Origin: the human T2T-CHM13v2.0 reference genome, Homo sapiens
Assembly (NCBI RefSeq): GCF_009914755.1
Contig: NC_060925.1
DNA length: 64,000 nt
Strand: one strand, 5' to 3'
Program-made: the position numbers and the translations under genes
Notes under the pieces: model-generated
What the model saw: only the letters and a program-made list of their open reading frames with translations
Told to the model about the DNA's origin: nothing
The model's database searches: none
Shown here: positions 13,657 through 28,625 of the stretch, piece by piece
Numbering within the stretch: the stretch's first letter is position 1
How the letters are laid out: every line of letters begins with the position of its first letter

Positions 13657-16493
13657 CGGTCGTCCCCAGCTACGCACCGGCTTTGAAACATTGCAGGTTT
13701 GTGCCCACAGGCTCAATTCCTCCTCTTGGGGGTCCTTCCCTCCTCTCTCAGAAGTCACAACAAGAACTCAGGCCATTTATCTTCCTTCAGAACAAAGAGT
13801 ATCATACACCTGCTTTCCTTGTTGAAATTGTTTTCTCCTTTTGTCTATCAGAAGCCCCCTTTAAAACAAGATTGTGAGCTCTGTGATGAAATCAGGCCTT
13901 GCTCACTCTCATTGTGCTAACTCCTTGTTTTCTGTGGGCTGCCTGCTGAATACACTGGCTGGAGAGAAGGGTCACATCCTGTCAGTTCCTCCAAATTCCT
14001 CAGTGCTTCTGGGTCTCTCGGGGTGTCATACAGCTCCTTATTCCATCTTAGCCAGACTCAAAATGCTATGATCCATCTGATTTTAAAGTGTGTCTAGCTG
14101 AAACAGCTTCTTGTTGCTTGGATTTAGTTCTTTGTAGGTGTTCGAGGCATTGATTGGCATCGTATTCGGGACAGCTGCTGCCTGGCCTTTGAAAGGTTGA
14201 GATTGCTGAAAGCTGGCCTGAAATTCTAAGATAGCATTTTTAATCCTCTGTAGACATGAAGTTTTCCCAGGCTTCAAATTGGCTGGCACCTCCTAAAGTC
14301 CTTTAAAACGCCTACTCTCCAAAACCCACCCTTTCTGAAGGAGGCAGCAGTTCACTCTTGCTACTAAAGCGAATGTACTTTTTTCCAGTCAGGGCTGGTT
14401 GCACAACACTGTAGAGATGGCCCTAGGATGTGATGCTGCTCTTCTCTGGCACTGTTCGTCAGTCTCAGCTTCTGGAAAGATTCCAAGAGCAAGCCCTGTA
14501 GTTGGGGAGGCCACTGCTAAAGTTGAGCAAGTGCCCCATTCTGGATTGATCCAGTCATTAAAGCATTGTTCTGCCACTTGGGGCAACCTCCCACTGCTGG
14601 GAAAAGGAACTAGTCAGAAATACTGAATTGTGAGTCCAAGGCCCTGACTTCTCAAAGATACTTGAGAGTTTCGCTTGTTCTTCAGAGAAGCAAGTAAAGA
14701 TTATTTGAAGGTAGGAGGTAGTTGAGGCCTGACTTCTGCCCCACTAAAGCTATTGAGTTGAAAGTTCCTGCCCATTGAAATGTCATTATCTTTTCACCCA
14801 TTTCTTTAAACCAAGCATAATCATTTCCTTGCTGGCTTGACCTCCATTGGCAGAATGAGTCTTCATAATGCAGAAGAGCCTTAGATATGCCTTCTTCCAT
14901 TCCAGTGATTTGAGAACAGTTGTGCCTTGTCCTAACAACACAAACCTAGGTGCCTCCACTTGATTCTCAGTGTCCTAGATACTGTCTAGTTCATAAACAG
15001 TTTAAGAGGATGTAGTAAGCAGCATAGGAGGAGCTCTTGTCCTGCTCTCACAGCTTTTGGCAAGAGATATTTTGGGTTCTGGAAGGGGTTTTTAAAGGGT
15101 TTGCTTTTTGTCTGACAAAAAGATCATATTCAATACTAGATCAGCTGTAGTTGGGGATAACTGGAGACTAAACAATCACAGGTCACGGCTAGAAAATGCA
15201 GGTGTCTCCCTGCTGCCTAGCTTCCTACACAGCTGGTTCTGAGGCTCTCATTCCTGTATACCCTCTCATTACCCAAGAGCTTTTCCAAGTTAGGTCTGGA
15301 TTTCAGTGATTTGTGCTTTTTGTAAAATAATAAGGGAGATCTCAGTGGAACACAAGTACCTTGAACCTACTTCAATAGCTTTGCAAAGAGCAGTTGGCTT
15401 CTGTTTCTTGGCTGCAAAAGGTATCAGTATTTTAGCTTTGCCACAGCCAATACCTAGTTTCCAGGCTGACATTTATTTATAATGATGATAAGTTGGGGTT
15501 GAAATTGTTGTGGAAATTGAGACCTAGATGAAAATAAAAGGGAATCTCCTTTTCCTTCTGCCTTAGCATAATCATATTGAGGGTTAAAACTATTTGTGTC
15601 TGAAGCACAGACTATATCAACCTAAAAAGTCAGTTCATATATTAACTTAGAAACCCAGAATGTTACAGGTATCTCCCTAAGCTGGGTAGATGGCTGTCAA
15701 GTAACCATGTCATGCAGAGACCCATGTTTCTCAGGGGTAGATACTGGCAGTCCTAGTTTTAGTATCCTAGCCCCCAGACATCAGGCAAACAAAGGATACT
15801 CAGCTCTGTTCCACAGGGGACACTAGCTGCTTCCTCACACTGTGGCCACAGAGTCTTAGAGGTACCAAAAGAGAGTTTAGAGACTACTTTTTTCTATTGG
15901 TAACAGCTGTTGGGTTTAAGAGAATTTGTCATATCAGCAAGTTGGATTCAGAGAACTACTTTCCTGCCTCTAACTGTCTGCCTGTCTAAATCCATTCATC
16001 ATTCATCACGCACTTACTGAGTGCCTACCTGGGAACGCGGGGGATAGCAGAGAGCAAGAGAGAGCTAGGCTTTGCCCTCATGGTGCTTAACATTTTAGTA
16101 GAACAGACAGTTAATTTGACATGCAAGTGCAAAAATGTATACTGTGAGGACAGTACTTTGGAAGCACAGTTGAGGGCACCTAACATAGTGTGGGGATGGG
16201 GTCAATACCAGCTTTGTAAATGTTACTTTGGGGAGTTGGAGGCAATCCACAGGGTCTGTGTACATCTAAGAAGTGTCTTTTCCTCTTTTCTGGAACGTGG
16301 CAAACTTTGCCCTGAATAAGGACATGAGTAAATTTAGCTAATATTTTTACTCAGCCAGCCCAAGTGGTTCTGTGTTTTTATTGTTTTTGTTGTCCCAGGC
16401 AGGGGCACCATGTGTCACACAGGTCACTCCGGATCAGACGCCGTTCTGTGTCAGTGGTCAGGGGCTGATCAACCCTGGACCCTGTGGGCTATA

Positions 16494-16582
16494 ACCATGC
16501 TGTAGTGTGTGTAAACATCCTACACTCTCAGCTGTGAGCTCAAGGTGGCTGGGAGAGGGTTGTTTACTCCTTCTGCCATGGA
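16494..16582 (+). ncRNA. MIR30C1: pre-miR-30c-1 (5p 16510-16532 TGTAAACATCCTACACTCTCAGC; 3p 16549-16570 CTGGGAGAGGGTTGTTTACTCC)
   Basis: Exact mature sequences and hairpin; 2929 nt downstream of MIR30E in the same intron. Confidence 0.98.
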
Positions 16583-17330
16583 AAACATCAGCTGAAGAAG
16601 GAACAGTCTCCACTCCGCAGATCGGACAGAATGCGACCTCCCTAATCAGCCAAGGCAGTACCCCAGCGGAGAGCTGTCCATCAGGCCCCCTGGGTTGCGC
16701 TTCTGTGGCTAAGTACAACCAGAACCAGATGTGACACTGGATAGACATGCCCTCAGTGACCACAGAGCTTTCAACAAGCTGTGAAAAGCTGGGTACTTGC
16801 CTACCAGTGCTCTCGATCCTGAAATTTCAGCTCAGGAAAAGCCCTGTTTCCCATTAACCTGTTCTGTCCCCCTTGAAGTGGTGGGGCTAAAACGAGAAGA
16901 GTGCTGCCTATTTGGGAGATTGGGACCAGGCCTGAGAGGCATGATGTTTGGGTAGCATCTTCCCAACACTTGCAATTAGCACTGTTCTCAGATCACAGGC
17001 CTTGACAGCATTTACTGACAAGCACTGCTGGTGTGTGGTTTTTAGTTACGGTACTTATTTGCCCGTTTGCAACTTATCATGCAATGGGTGATTATTTCGT
17101 ACTTCAGAAATTGGCTGTATGTTTTGTGAAGCCTATAGGATCTGTTATTTTTAGTTTGATTTAGCATAACTGGTCTCTTTGAATTCCACTTTCCTTTGGC
17201 TTCAAATGTGGAGAGCTCAGCATTCAGCAGGCAACTGCACATAGCCTGTTTGGGGGAAGAGTGGAAATTCACTGTGGCGGCTGCTGAGTTGGTTCTTTTC
17301 CTCTTACCTGCCTCTCTTTCCACCCAACAG

Positions 17331-17504
17331 GAGGAGGTGCGCCAGTCTGTAACTCCTGCCGAGCCAGTCCAGTACTATTTCACGCTGGCTCAGCAACCCA
17401 CCGCTGTCCAAGTCCAGGGCCAGCAGCAAGGCCAGCAGACCACCAGCTCCACGACCACCATCCAGCCTGGGCAGATCATCATCGCACAGCCTCAGCAGGG
17501 CCAG
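17331..17504 (+). CDS. NFYC: NFYC coding exon ([17 protein letters not shown]...AQPQQGQ)
   Basis: Long polypyrimidine tract, caacag|GAGGAG...GGCCAG|gtctgt; 174 nt; Q-rich. Confidence 0.96.
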
Positions 17505-18298
17505 GTCTGTGAGCTGCTGAGGATGCCCATCCAGCAAGACAGTGCCCCTTAGGTTTTTGGATGGGCAGAGCTTGATGAGGGCAGAGAGGCAGCCAGATCA
17601 TTATAGAGCACTGGATTTAAAGTCTGGAAACTGGAACTTTTCCCCAGATTCAGCTACTGGGGTGAGATGTTACCCTAATCTCTCTGGACCCTGTTTTTCT
17701 CAAAGGTCAAATGAGGAAAGTGTACTAGACAGTATGTTCTCCAGGATCCCTATTAGCTCAGAAATTTTAGAAGGGAAAAAAAAATGTCTGAAATGCCTTA
17801 TGAAGAGTAGAGGTGCTAAAGTGAACTCCATGCCTGCTGTCTGTGTGTCTGTGTGAGAAGTGGAATTTGTGCCCTTAAAGGGAGAGATTAGGTATCATTG
17901 CCAAGTTGCATACTCCTTCTCCCCGTCATTTCTCTGTCCCATATTTGTGTTAAGTGACCTTCTCTTTTTACGATAGTAATCAGAGGACTCTTTCTCTCCC
18001 CAGTAGTAGTGTTAAGAGCAGTAGCATTCATGTTTGTTGGGGGTCATGTGAGGCTGCAGAGAACTCTGTACTATGAGCTCTGAATCCAAATTCTCTGTCA
18101 ATCATTATTTATTCATCAAACACTGAGCATCCTCTGAGGGTAAAGTTCTGTGCTATGTATTGGGGATACAAGCATGAATAAAACAGTCCTTATTTTCAAG
18201 GAATTCACAATTTAGTTGGGGATACAAATACTTAAAGGTTGTACCACCACGTGGGAATGTGTACAGGGTGTTAAAGGAACACATTAAAAGAAGTACCT

Positions 18299-18764
<466 letters not shown>

Positions 18765-18765
18765 G

Positions 18766-18843
18766 TATATGTGTGTGTGTGTGTGTATGTGTGTGTGTAT
18801 TATATATGTGTGTATATATATGTATATGTGTGTGTATGTATGT
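18766..18843. repeat. (TG/TA)n compound microsatellite
   Basis: tatatgtgtgtgtgtgtg...tatgtatgta at the Alu tail. Confidence 0.9.
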
Positions 18844-19175
18844 AGGGGAGGGGATGAGTAGCTGAGAAAGATGTGAACGAGGTGGTCAGATAATGTTTCT
18901 GAAGGGAATAATATGAGTCTTGGGGAACAGTGGAAATTAATCAAAGAAAGTGGGAAAGGGTGGTATTGCCAGTAGAGGGCACAGCACAGGCAAAGGCTCA
19001 GAGGTGAGAAACAGTACAGGGGGCCGTAGGAAAGTAGTCAGCGTAGGGGACCATCTACGCAAGTTTGGAAAGATAGATAGTAAACACATCCTGGACAGCC
19101 TCGTATATTCTAATAAGGAGCTGAGTTTGCCTAGAAGAAAAAAAAATGGAGTAGAGGTAGATTGATTGATTGATG

Positions 19176-19465
19176 TTTTTTTAAAGATAAGTTCTCACTT
19201 CGTCACTCAGGCTGGAGTGTAGTAGCACAATCATAGCTTACTGCAGCTTCAAACTACTGGGCTCAAGCAGTCCTTCTGCCTCAGCCTCCCGAGGAGCTGG
19301 GACTCCCAGGCATGTGCCACCACACCTGGATAATTTTTAATTTTTTTGTGGAGATGGGGTCTCATTATGTTTCCCAGGCTGGTCTCAAACTCCTGGCTTT
19401 ATGCCATCCTCCCACCTTGGCCTCCCACAGTGGTGGGATGACAGGCATGAGCCACCATGCCCAGT
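19176..19465 (-). mobile_element. Alu (AluJ-like)
   Basis: Antisense Alu flanked by gaggtagatt direct repeats. Confidence 0.88.
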
Positions 19466-19494
19466 TAGGAGGTAGATTTAAGTAATTATGATTT

Positions 19495-19940
<446 letters not shown>

Positions 19941-22097
19941 GGTAATTATGATTTTAGGATTTATTCTCTGCTCATTTTACTTATCCATATAACAAAAATG
20001 TATTGAGTGCTTGTTCTATGCCAGACACTGTGCTAGGCAGGAGGGTTCAAAGATAATGGCTGCTCAGTCACTGGCTCAAGGCCTCGACTGTATCATGATG
20101 CCTAAGGGACCTTCTTTGGCTAATGCTTGTGCCTCTGCAGTGGTGAAAACTTTACCTGCCAAAGGCTTTATCCCTTTACAGAATGAACTTAGAGGGAGTC
20201 TGCCAAGGGCAGGCTCTGATTGGCTGATCATCCTAAGAAGCTCATGGCTGTTGTGCCCTGACAGCAGGGCACACCATACATGATTTGACAGCTGCCATGC
20301 TAACACAAGCCCTCATTTTCCTGAAATGATTTAGAAATACCTTGGAAATCCTCTCGGGAAAATTGGGTTGATACAGTACAGTGATGAGTTGGCAGCATGC
20401 ATTTCTTTTTAGTCAGCGAGAATTTCATCTGTGCTCCTCTCTGCCAACCCAGACGTGCTCAGCTTGGAGCTGATAAGGCTTGTGAGGATGGTGAAGTTGG
20501 TCCTTCCCAGCATTTCCTGGCTGTTGTTTCACCATCCTGCTGCTTCAGGGTGGCCTTGTGCTGTGTCACACCTCCCTGGACCCGTAGTGATGGCTATTTC
20601 AAGTTGAGTGCAAATATCCTTCGTAGGACAGAATACATATGTATTAAAGCAGAGTTGGAAAGAATGCATATTTTGGTAAAATTAATCCTGTGTTTTCTGT
20701 CATAAATTGAAAACTTATTTCTGGAGGTTGGGAATAGGCTGAGTTGAAAATTGTGGTACAAGAATGGAAGAAATGTTTTCTGTTAGCCTAGCCCACTGCA
20801 TGTACTTTTAGAACACTCTGTCGTCTTTCTTTTTGGCCCTCCTCCAGTTTATAGTAATTTCTCCGTAGTAATCCCTTGAATCTCATCTGTCGTTCCCAGA
20901 ACACATCCCCTTCCCTTGTAACTTTGGATGCATAGTTGTAATTTTCAGTAACCTATGCAGTCAGAATTAAGAACATCAGAATAGCAACATCGGTTGAAGT
21001 TTATGATTCATTGAGAGTTCCATAGTCTTCTTATTGAGGTGATTAATTCAAAGTGAGGAGAGATAGTGATGGAATTCAAGTCAGGGATTGGGTGTACAGG
21101 TGTAGTTTAAAAGGCTCCACCCACGCCCACACCCCCGCCACCCCCCATCACTACCACCACCAGATGAGCCCAGATAGGCTCACTGCTCTAGGTAACCTGT
21201 AAAAGTCACAAACAGTACTAAAGGTTTGAGATTTGAAAGAATAATTGACCCTTTTGGCAGCTTGTGTCTTTACCGTCTCAAAAGAGTACATTTCATAGGA
21301 CTACAACCATTGTGTGTGAGAGACAGAATCTGCCAAGTCATACACATTGGGCAGAAATTTCTTAAATCTGAGATTGCTATTTTTAGAAAGTTAGAGTTCT
21401 TGCTTTCTTAAATTCTATTAATTAGGGGTAGACTTAGTTAAGAGTCTGTGTCTTAACAGTGCCCAGTGAGTTAGCAGTGTTTGCTCTCCTTTGGGAAGCC
21501 ATACTGTGGTCCAGAGCAGCCATCTGGCCAGTGTGGGCAGGAATTGCTCTGCAGCTTGAATGGGGTGAGAGCCAGCGTGCACTAGGGCCCGCCTTGGAGA
21601 TGCACCCCTGTGCTTTATTTTTCTCTCAGTGTCTTACATGCCTAAGAAAGAGCACATGACCCTGAACTAAATAAATTCATACTGACCCTTTCCATTTAAT
21701 GTTCCCCTCCAAATTCACCTGCCCCAGACTTGACTTTGGCTATTTCTGAAGTAAACGGTCATGGTTGCTTTTGATTTTTTCTGTAGTGTATGTGCCTTAT
21801 CACTAAAGGGGCTGTGAAAAGTTGCAGCATTTGGGGCACAGAGATTTATGTTTGGGACCCATGCAAATATTTGTACTGTGAGCCTAAAAATATTTTTGGT
21901 TTTTCTTTCGTTTTGGAGAGTAACTTCAGCAATGCTGTAAACCCAGAGGACTCTGTAGGTTATTACTAGTACTGAGATGACCTTAGGCATTCATGGAGAG
22001 GGTTTGCTCCCAGCACATTGCTCGTTATTAACCTCTCGGTAATCCTGTGGGCTCTGAGCCTGAACTCACGCAGCATTCTCATAACTCTTCCTTTCAG

Positions 22098-22256
22098 ACC
22101 ACACCTGTGACAATGCAGGTTGGAGAAGGTCAGCAGGTGCAGATTGTCCAGGCTCAGCCACAGGGTCAAGCCCAACAGGCCCAGAGTGGCACTGGACAGA
22201 CCATGCAGGTGATGCAGCAGATCATCACTAACACAGGAGAGATCCAGCAGATCCCG
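22098..22256 (+). CDS. NFYC: NFYC coding exon ([14 protein letters not shown]...GEIQQIP)
   Basis: ctttcag|ACCACA...ATCCCG|gtgagt; 159 nt. Confidence 0.96.
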
Positions 22257-22311
22257 GTGAGTCCTGCCCTGAGGTCTGTCTTTACAACTTTATAGAAGGA
22301 AATACTTAAAG

Positions 22312-22856
<545 letters not shown>

Positions 22857-25805
22857 CTCAGTACTTATTTATATATATGCGTGTGTGTGTTTGTTTTGTT
22901 TTTAACCTATATGCCCAGTGTTCCTGACCACAACTTGCTTCACTGTGTTTGTTCCCTGCTTTCCTTTAATCTAGGTTCAGGTTCACCACGATTGGGCGGC
23001 TTCTCTCGATTTCCCCTCATTCTACCTATGCAGGGAAATCATTGTAACCACTACCCATGCCAAGGCCCAAAGGCCCTGTGAGGCAGTCCTGTATTTGATT
23101 AGCAGAGGATAAGAGGGAGGCGTATAGGGAAGGCCATAAATACACTTGTTGCATATTCATGAGTCAGTTCCCAGTGGAGCCTGCAGCAAAGTGTATTTTT
23201 GGCTTTCATATAACTTATCTATTCCTTTACTGTGGACTGCTGCTTCCTGTGTGCCTTGAGGGATTTCATTTCTTAGATTTGTTGGCTTTTTTATTTGTAC
23301 TCCTTTTGTAAAATGTGTCCTTGTCTTAACACTTGCAGTCTTTACATTGGTCATTTTGACCCCCCAAAACTGGAAAGTGAGTGAAACAGAGCAGTCCTTC
23401 TATTCCCTGCCCTTTGCCATTTTTGTCATAAATGAAACGTAGGCAGGTATAGAAACTCACGTAGACTTGGTTAACCACTTCCTCTGTGAAAATAACTCTA
23501 AAAGTATCCTGAGATCAGTTTAGGAATTGTTCTTCATCTGAAGTTAACATAGTAATAGGCCAAGAGAAAGCTTAGGAAAGTGGAGTGTGTATGTCTCTTT
23601 CTCTACCTCTCTCACGTGTGCTTACGATACCCAGGATTGCAGATGACTGAGCTCTGCCTTGCTTCATTGTTTCAGTCCTCAACCCCAAGATTTCTGTTGA
23701 ATGGTTCTCATTTTTGCAAGCGAAGGCACCACCACAGGTTCATTTAAGACAGAGAAGAGTTCCACCTTGCAGATACTTTAACTCTCTGGGGCACAGAGCT
23801 TTAGCCCAGAAGATTTGTTGCAGAATTCACTACTTCATCTTCACTGGCTCAGGCACCTTCTGTAGGAGTCTTCATTTCCAGACTCTTTAGGCAGCTCATT
23901 GGAATGTTCCTAATAGTGATGAGCTTCAGGAAGGAAACTTTATTTCCCTTTCAAAAACCCAGAGCTTATTTTCTCTGTAATTAATGTAAAAAAGCTATGA
24001 GGGTCCCCAGACCTGTCCTGCTGTAGAGGAATGAGGGACGGATCATCACCAAATGTCTTAACCTAGGCCAAAAAGGAAAGCTTCTTGCTTTGTTGAAGAG
24101 CTGCTTGGAACCATTTGGCTCACAGCTTTTCAGTCACATTTGGGTTTCTGCAAAGAGCTCTTCCCAGCTAGAAAATTTTAACATCCCTGTAGCTGTCAGT
24201 ATACCTTCTCCCACTCCTGGGACAAGGCTTTAGTTTTTCATCTTGTGATCCCTGGCTGGAGTTCTGGGGACTCCTGGAACTAGCCACCATCAGTCTCTGT
24301 AGATGAGGTTTTCCAAACTTCTGCCCAGCTGCCTTCCTCCCCACAAGCAACTTAACATTGTTGCCAGGAAGCTGCATTATAGGATTTAGGTGGGGAATTC
24401 AGGCTTGGCACCACAGCCTCCCAGCAGCTTCTCTTGGCATATTCTCAGGAAAGAAATGACTGCAGGTCCTAATACTCTTGCCCTGTCTCCTTTGAACCAG
24501 ATTTTTAATGGGTTTAGATTGGGTGTCCCTCCATCTTGCCTCAAGTGGGCAATTCTGGAATGGTCTACCGTGAACTTGAGAGGTCGTTTTTTCTCGGTAG
24601 TTCAAATTCTGTGAGGCTGGAAGTCTCAGAGAAGCATTTTGATTGAACACTGCGTGCAGGAATGCAGCTTCATCCCATTAGCATTTTCCTCATGGAAGAG
24701 TCCTGCAGTGAAGTTAGCTCTTGAAGGCCAGAGGGAAATTTGCTCCAGAGCAGAGGCAATACTTGCCTGTTAGCCACAAGAAGCTTCCCCTTGCAACAAA
24801 GGCAGGCTGGGCAGCCAGGGCAGGTGGTTTCTGGACCCCGCAGATAGAGACCTAGTCTATCCATGCTCCCAGAACCCCTTTCATTTCCTCTAAATTGAGG
24901 GTGTGAATGTCTGCAGTCCTCCTCTGCTGACCATCATCTTTGCTGAGCTACAGTTCTCTGATGTGGTAACCGCCTTGGTCCTCTTTTCATCCCCAGCTCA
25001 AAACACTAATACTTTCATGGTACACTGGAGCATTAAGAGCCTGAGTTAAGGCTTTTAGCACACAATTAAATGCAGCATGTGGTATTATTGTATTATCTGA
25101 GATTTAATCGTAAGCATGAGAGACTCTAAGGGCGCTTTCGTAGCTTTGGTTTCCCATGATGGGGTTTTCTATGAAAGGTTTATTGATTCTGCTTCCCCTT
25201 GGGAGGTGTTTGGCCAGAAGCTAGTGCTGAACACCAAAGATCCTAAAAGCCCCACAGACCCCCATCCAGCCTGGCTCTTGGGGACAGAGATGGTTAAGCA
25301 GTCCAGCTTTTGCCTCCAAAATGTGCAGCATGGGGCAGGGCAGTGTGAGGGCTATGATGCGGAATGATGGCTGTTTGCTTTGGGATCCTGGCAGATGCTG
25401 GATCTCTTTACAGATGGGAGCGAAAGAGGCCCACACTTAATGTACAGGCATTCTGATGATGTCAGTCAGATAAATTCCTAAGATAAGCTGTGATCATGTA
25501 GCTAAGAGCTGGCAAATAATGAGCATGCAGCCATGCTGTTCTCACCTTTGTGACAGGATCTTCTGGGAGTTTTTTCTGAAGTCCATTCAGGGAATATATT
25601 CTCTTCTGTGCTGTGTGACTTGTGGGATGTGGATGTTCTGATTTTGCTTGTTTTGACCTCTGTTTAAAAGGGACTTTTTTCAGGGCAGGCTTCTTTGGAG
25701 GGCTTGAGGGGTAGGGGGCAATCAACATCTCTGGTCATGGAAAGTTTGCCTGTTTGAGATTATACTCAATGTCTTATGGTCTCTTTGTCTCTGCCCCTGC
25801 CCTAG

Positions 25806-25913
25806 GTGCAGCTGAATGCCGGCCAGCTGCAGTATATCCGCTTAGCCCAGCCTGTATCAGGCACTCAAGTTGTGCAGGGACAGATCCAGACACTTGCCAC
25901 CAATGCTCAACAG
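25806..25913 (+). CDS. NFYC: NFYC coding exon ([36 protein letters not shown])
   Basis: ccctag|GTGCAG...CAACAG|gtatgt; 108 nt. Confidence 0.96.
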
Positions 25914-26127
25914 GTATGTGCCCCAGAGACACAAGGCCTGTGTTGGAGACCAGGAGCAGATGGCTTCTGACAGGAAAGGAGCGCTCAGCACACAGCTGTC
26001 TTGCCACCTCATCCTTCAACCAGAAGCACCACCCCCACACCCTCCATATCCTTCTGCACCCAAGAGGCATGGGTGGTAATTGGAACATTAGATTCAAAGT
26101 GTTTTCTCTTACCATCTTGTTCTCAAG

Positions 26128-26184
26128 GGGCAAAGAAATGCAAGTCAGGGGAAGCCTCGAAGGTGCCTGAAAGAAACCTTACAG
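26128..26184 (+). CDS. NFYC: NFYC alternative cassette exon (GQRNASQGKPRRCLKETLQ)
   Basis: ttgttctcaag|GGGCAA...TTACAG|gtgtgc; 57 nt, in frame. The peptide matches the insert I recall in long NF-YC isoforms. Confidence 0.85.
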
Positions 26185-26903
26185 GTGTGCACACCCATCA
26201 GACCTGGGAAATGTTCGACAGATCGCCTGATCGTCAGGCTGTTTCCATCTTTAAACCCAAGTGGCTGTTGTGTTCTGGCACCTCCTGTGCTCTTTGGAAA
26301 GCTTACTTAGATTTTACCCCTACCTCCTCTTGCATCCCTAACCAGAAAAATTGCCCTTCTCCTCTCCTCTCGTGCCCTACAATATTGATGGCTATGAGTC
26401 ACAGATGGTGAGGGGGCTGCCCCCCTGGGCTTGGGGGTGTTGAGGGACATGGGTATTACTTGCAGAAGATGGGGGGTGCTGGTCAAGGGGAGGCATTGTT
26501 AATGGATTCTTTTGCCTCAGACCCAAAAAAAGCAGCGATCGTTTAAGAGCTGGACCCGTCTGGCCCAGTTGCATTTCTGGTGATGTATCTATTGACAGTG
26601 GTGACAGAGCTGAGTTTGTAGAGCAGGTCTCCAAAGATCTCATTTGGGAAAATACGAGGAATGAGCCAAAAGCAAGGCTTCTGAGTTCCATATAGTCTCT
26701 GGGATCATTAAGGGCTGTTTCTGTGCCCACTCCCCGGCTTACCTAAGGACGTGGCTTTTCCGTAACTGATACTGACTCACACCCTTCCCCCAGCCCCTCT
26801 TTTTAACCTCATAAGATTCTTCCCTGGGATCCAAAAAACATAACGGCATGGGAGTGGGAGGAAATGAGAAGGAAGCTTCTTGGTTCCTCAGAAGTCAGTT
26901 TGG

Positions 26904-27328
<425 letters not shown>

Positions 27329-28565
27329 TTAGTAGGTGCTCAGTAAATGTTTGTTGAATGAAGCTGAATGAATAATATGTAAATAAAATGTAAAGGTAAA
27401 TGAAATCTCAGCTAATATGAATGGCAATCCTGCTGGCCACAGAGCAGTTAACCTTCTTATCTATGTGGAATATTTTCCATTTGTCTCAGGCTCACTTGTT
27501 TATTCTGCAACATTTCTGGAATACTAACTTTGTATGGGCTCCTGCCCTCAGGCATCTTATAGGCTGTTGGAAGGAAAAGGACCAAAATAAGGAACAATAG
27601 TAAAAAATAGTCATGAAGCCTGTCATACCTGTTCCCTTTCTTGTTCCTCATAGCCTCATGGGTAGGCCTGCAGGGGTTGTTTTTGGCCATGGTGAGGACA
27701 TTTGAGAGGACAGTCCTTGTCTTGCAGGCTGGCTGTGATGATTCCAGGAAATGGTACACAGAGGACACTGCTGGCCAAATGTTCCATAGGAACACATGTG
27801 CATGCACACCGCAGTCTTCTTTCTAGTTTACCGAGCTGCTCCCAGCAGTTGTCATTATATATGCAGTTCTACATGTCAGTACATTTATCTAAAATCCATT
27901 CACAGTCCACACATAAGATTTTAAGTACTTGTGATAAATGTTGTCTTTGTTCCACTCCCGGTCCCTCCCCTTTTCTCCTCCCCTCCTTTGGCCCAGAGGG
28001 CTGCACAGTGCCTCTCTCGGAAAAAGTACTTCATAGGTTTGCCATGAGGACTGCTGGGGCCAAGGCCACTTGCTCGCCAGGGTGTTTCATATTCCAGTCA
28101 GATGATCTGGGTGATACGGGTTTGGTTTGGAGCCCACCTTCCAAGAATGAAAGAGGCCACTTACCACTTTGTCTGACACTTTGCAGTCCGCCTTCACTGG
28201 CTGAAAGACTGACTCTTAGGACTTCTACCCCAAACCATAGCACCTAGGGGCCATGTGTTCTGTTTGAGCCTCAGAGTTTGAGATGAGTGGGTGGTTGAGG
28301 GAGTAGGCATTCATTAGAGAGATGGGTGTGGGAACTATCTATTATGTGCTCCAGGATTCTCGATGTCACTTTGTGCTGCCAACTCTTGACGTAGCCATCA
28401 GTGCTAGATTAGGAGGGGTGCTTGCTTGCTTACTACCCATTGAGCACCTGCTGGGCACTTTATATGCATTGTCTCATTTGATCTTTATGACCCTCTTTTG
28501 GGTGGTGGGCTGGTGGATCAGACCCTGCAGCTGACATACCAACTCTACCATCTTGATTCTTACAG

Positions 28566-28625
28566 ATTACACAGACAGAGGTCCAGCAAGGACAGCAGCA
28601 GTTCAGCCAGTTCACAGATGGACAG
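28566..28625 (+). CDS. NFYC: NFYC coding exon (ITQTEVQQGQQQFSQFTDGQ)
   Basis: tcttacag|ATTACA...GGACAG|gtaggg; 60 nt. Confidence 0.96.
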
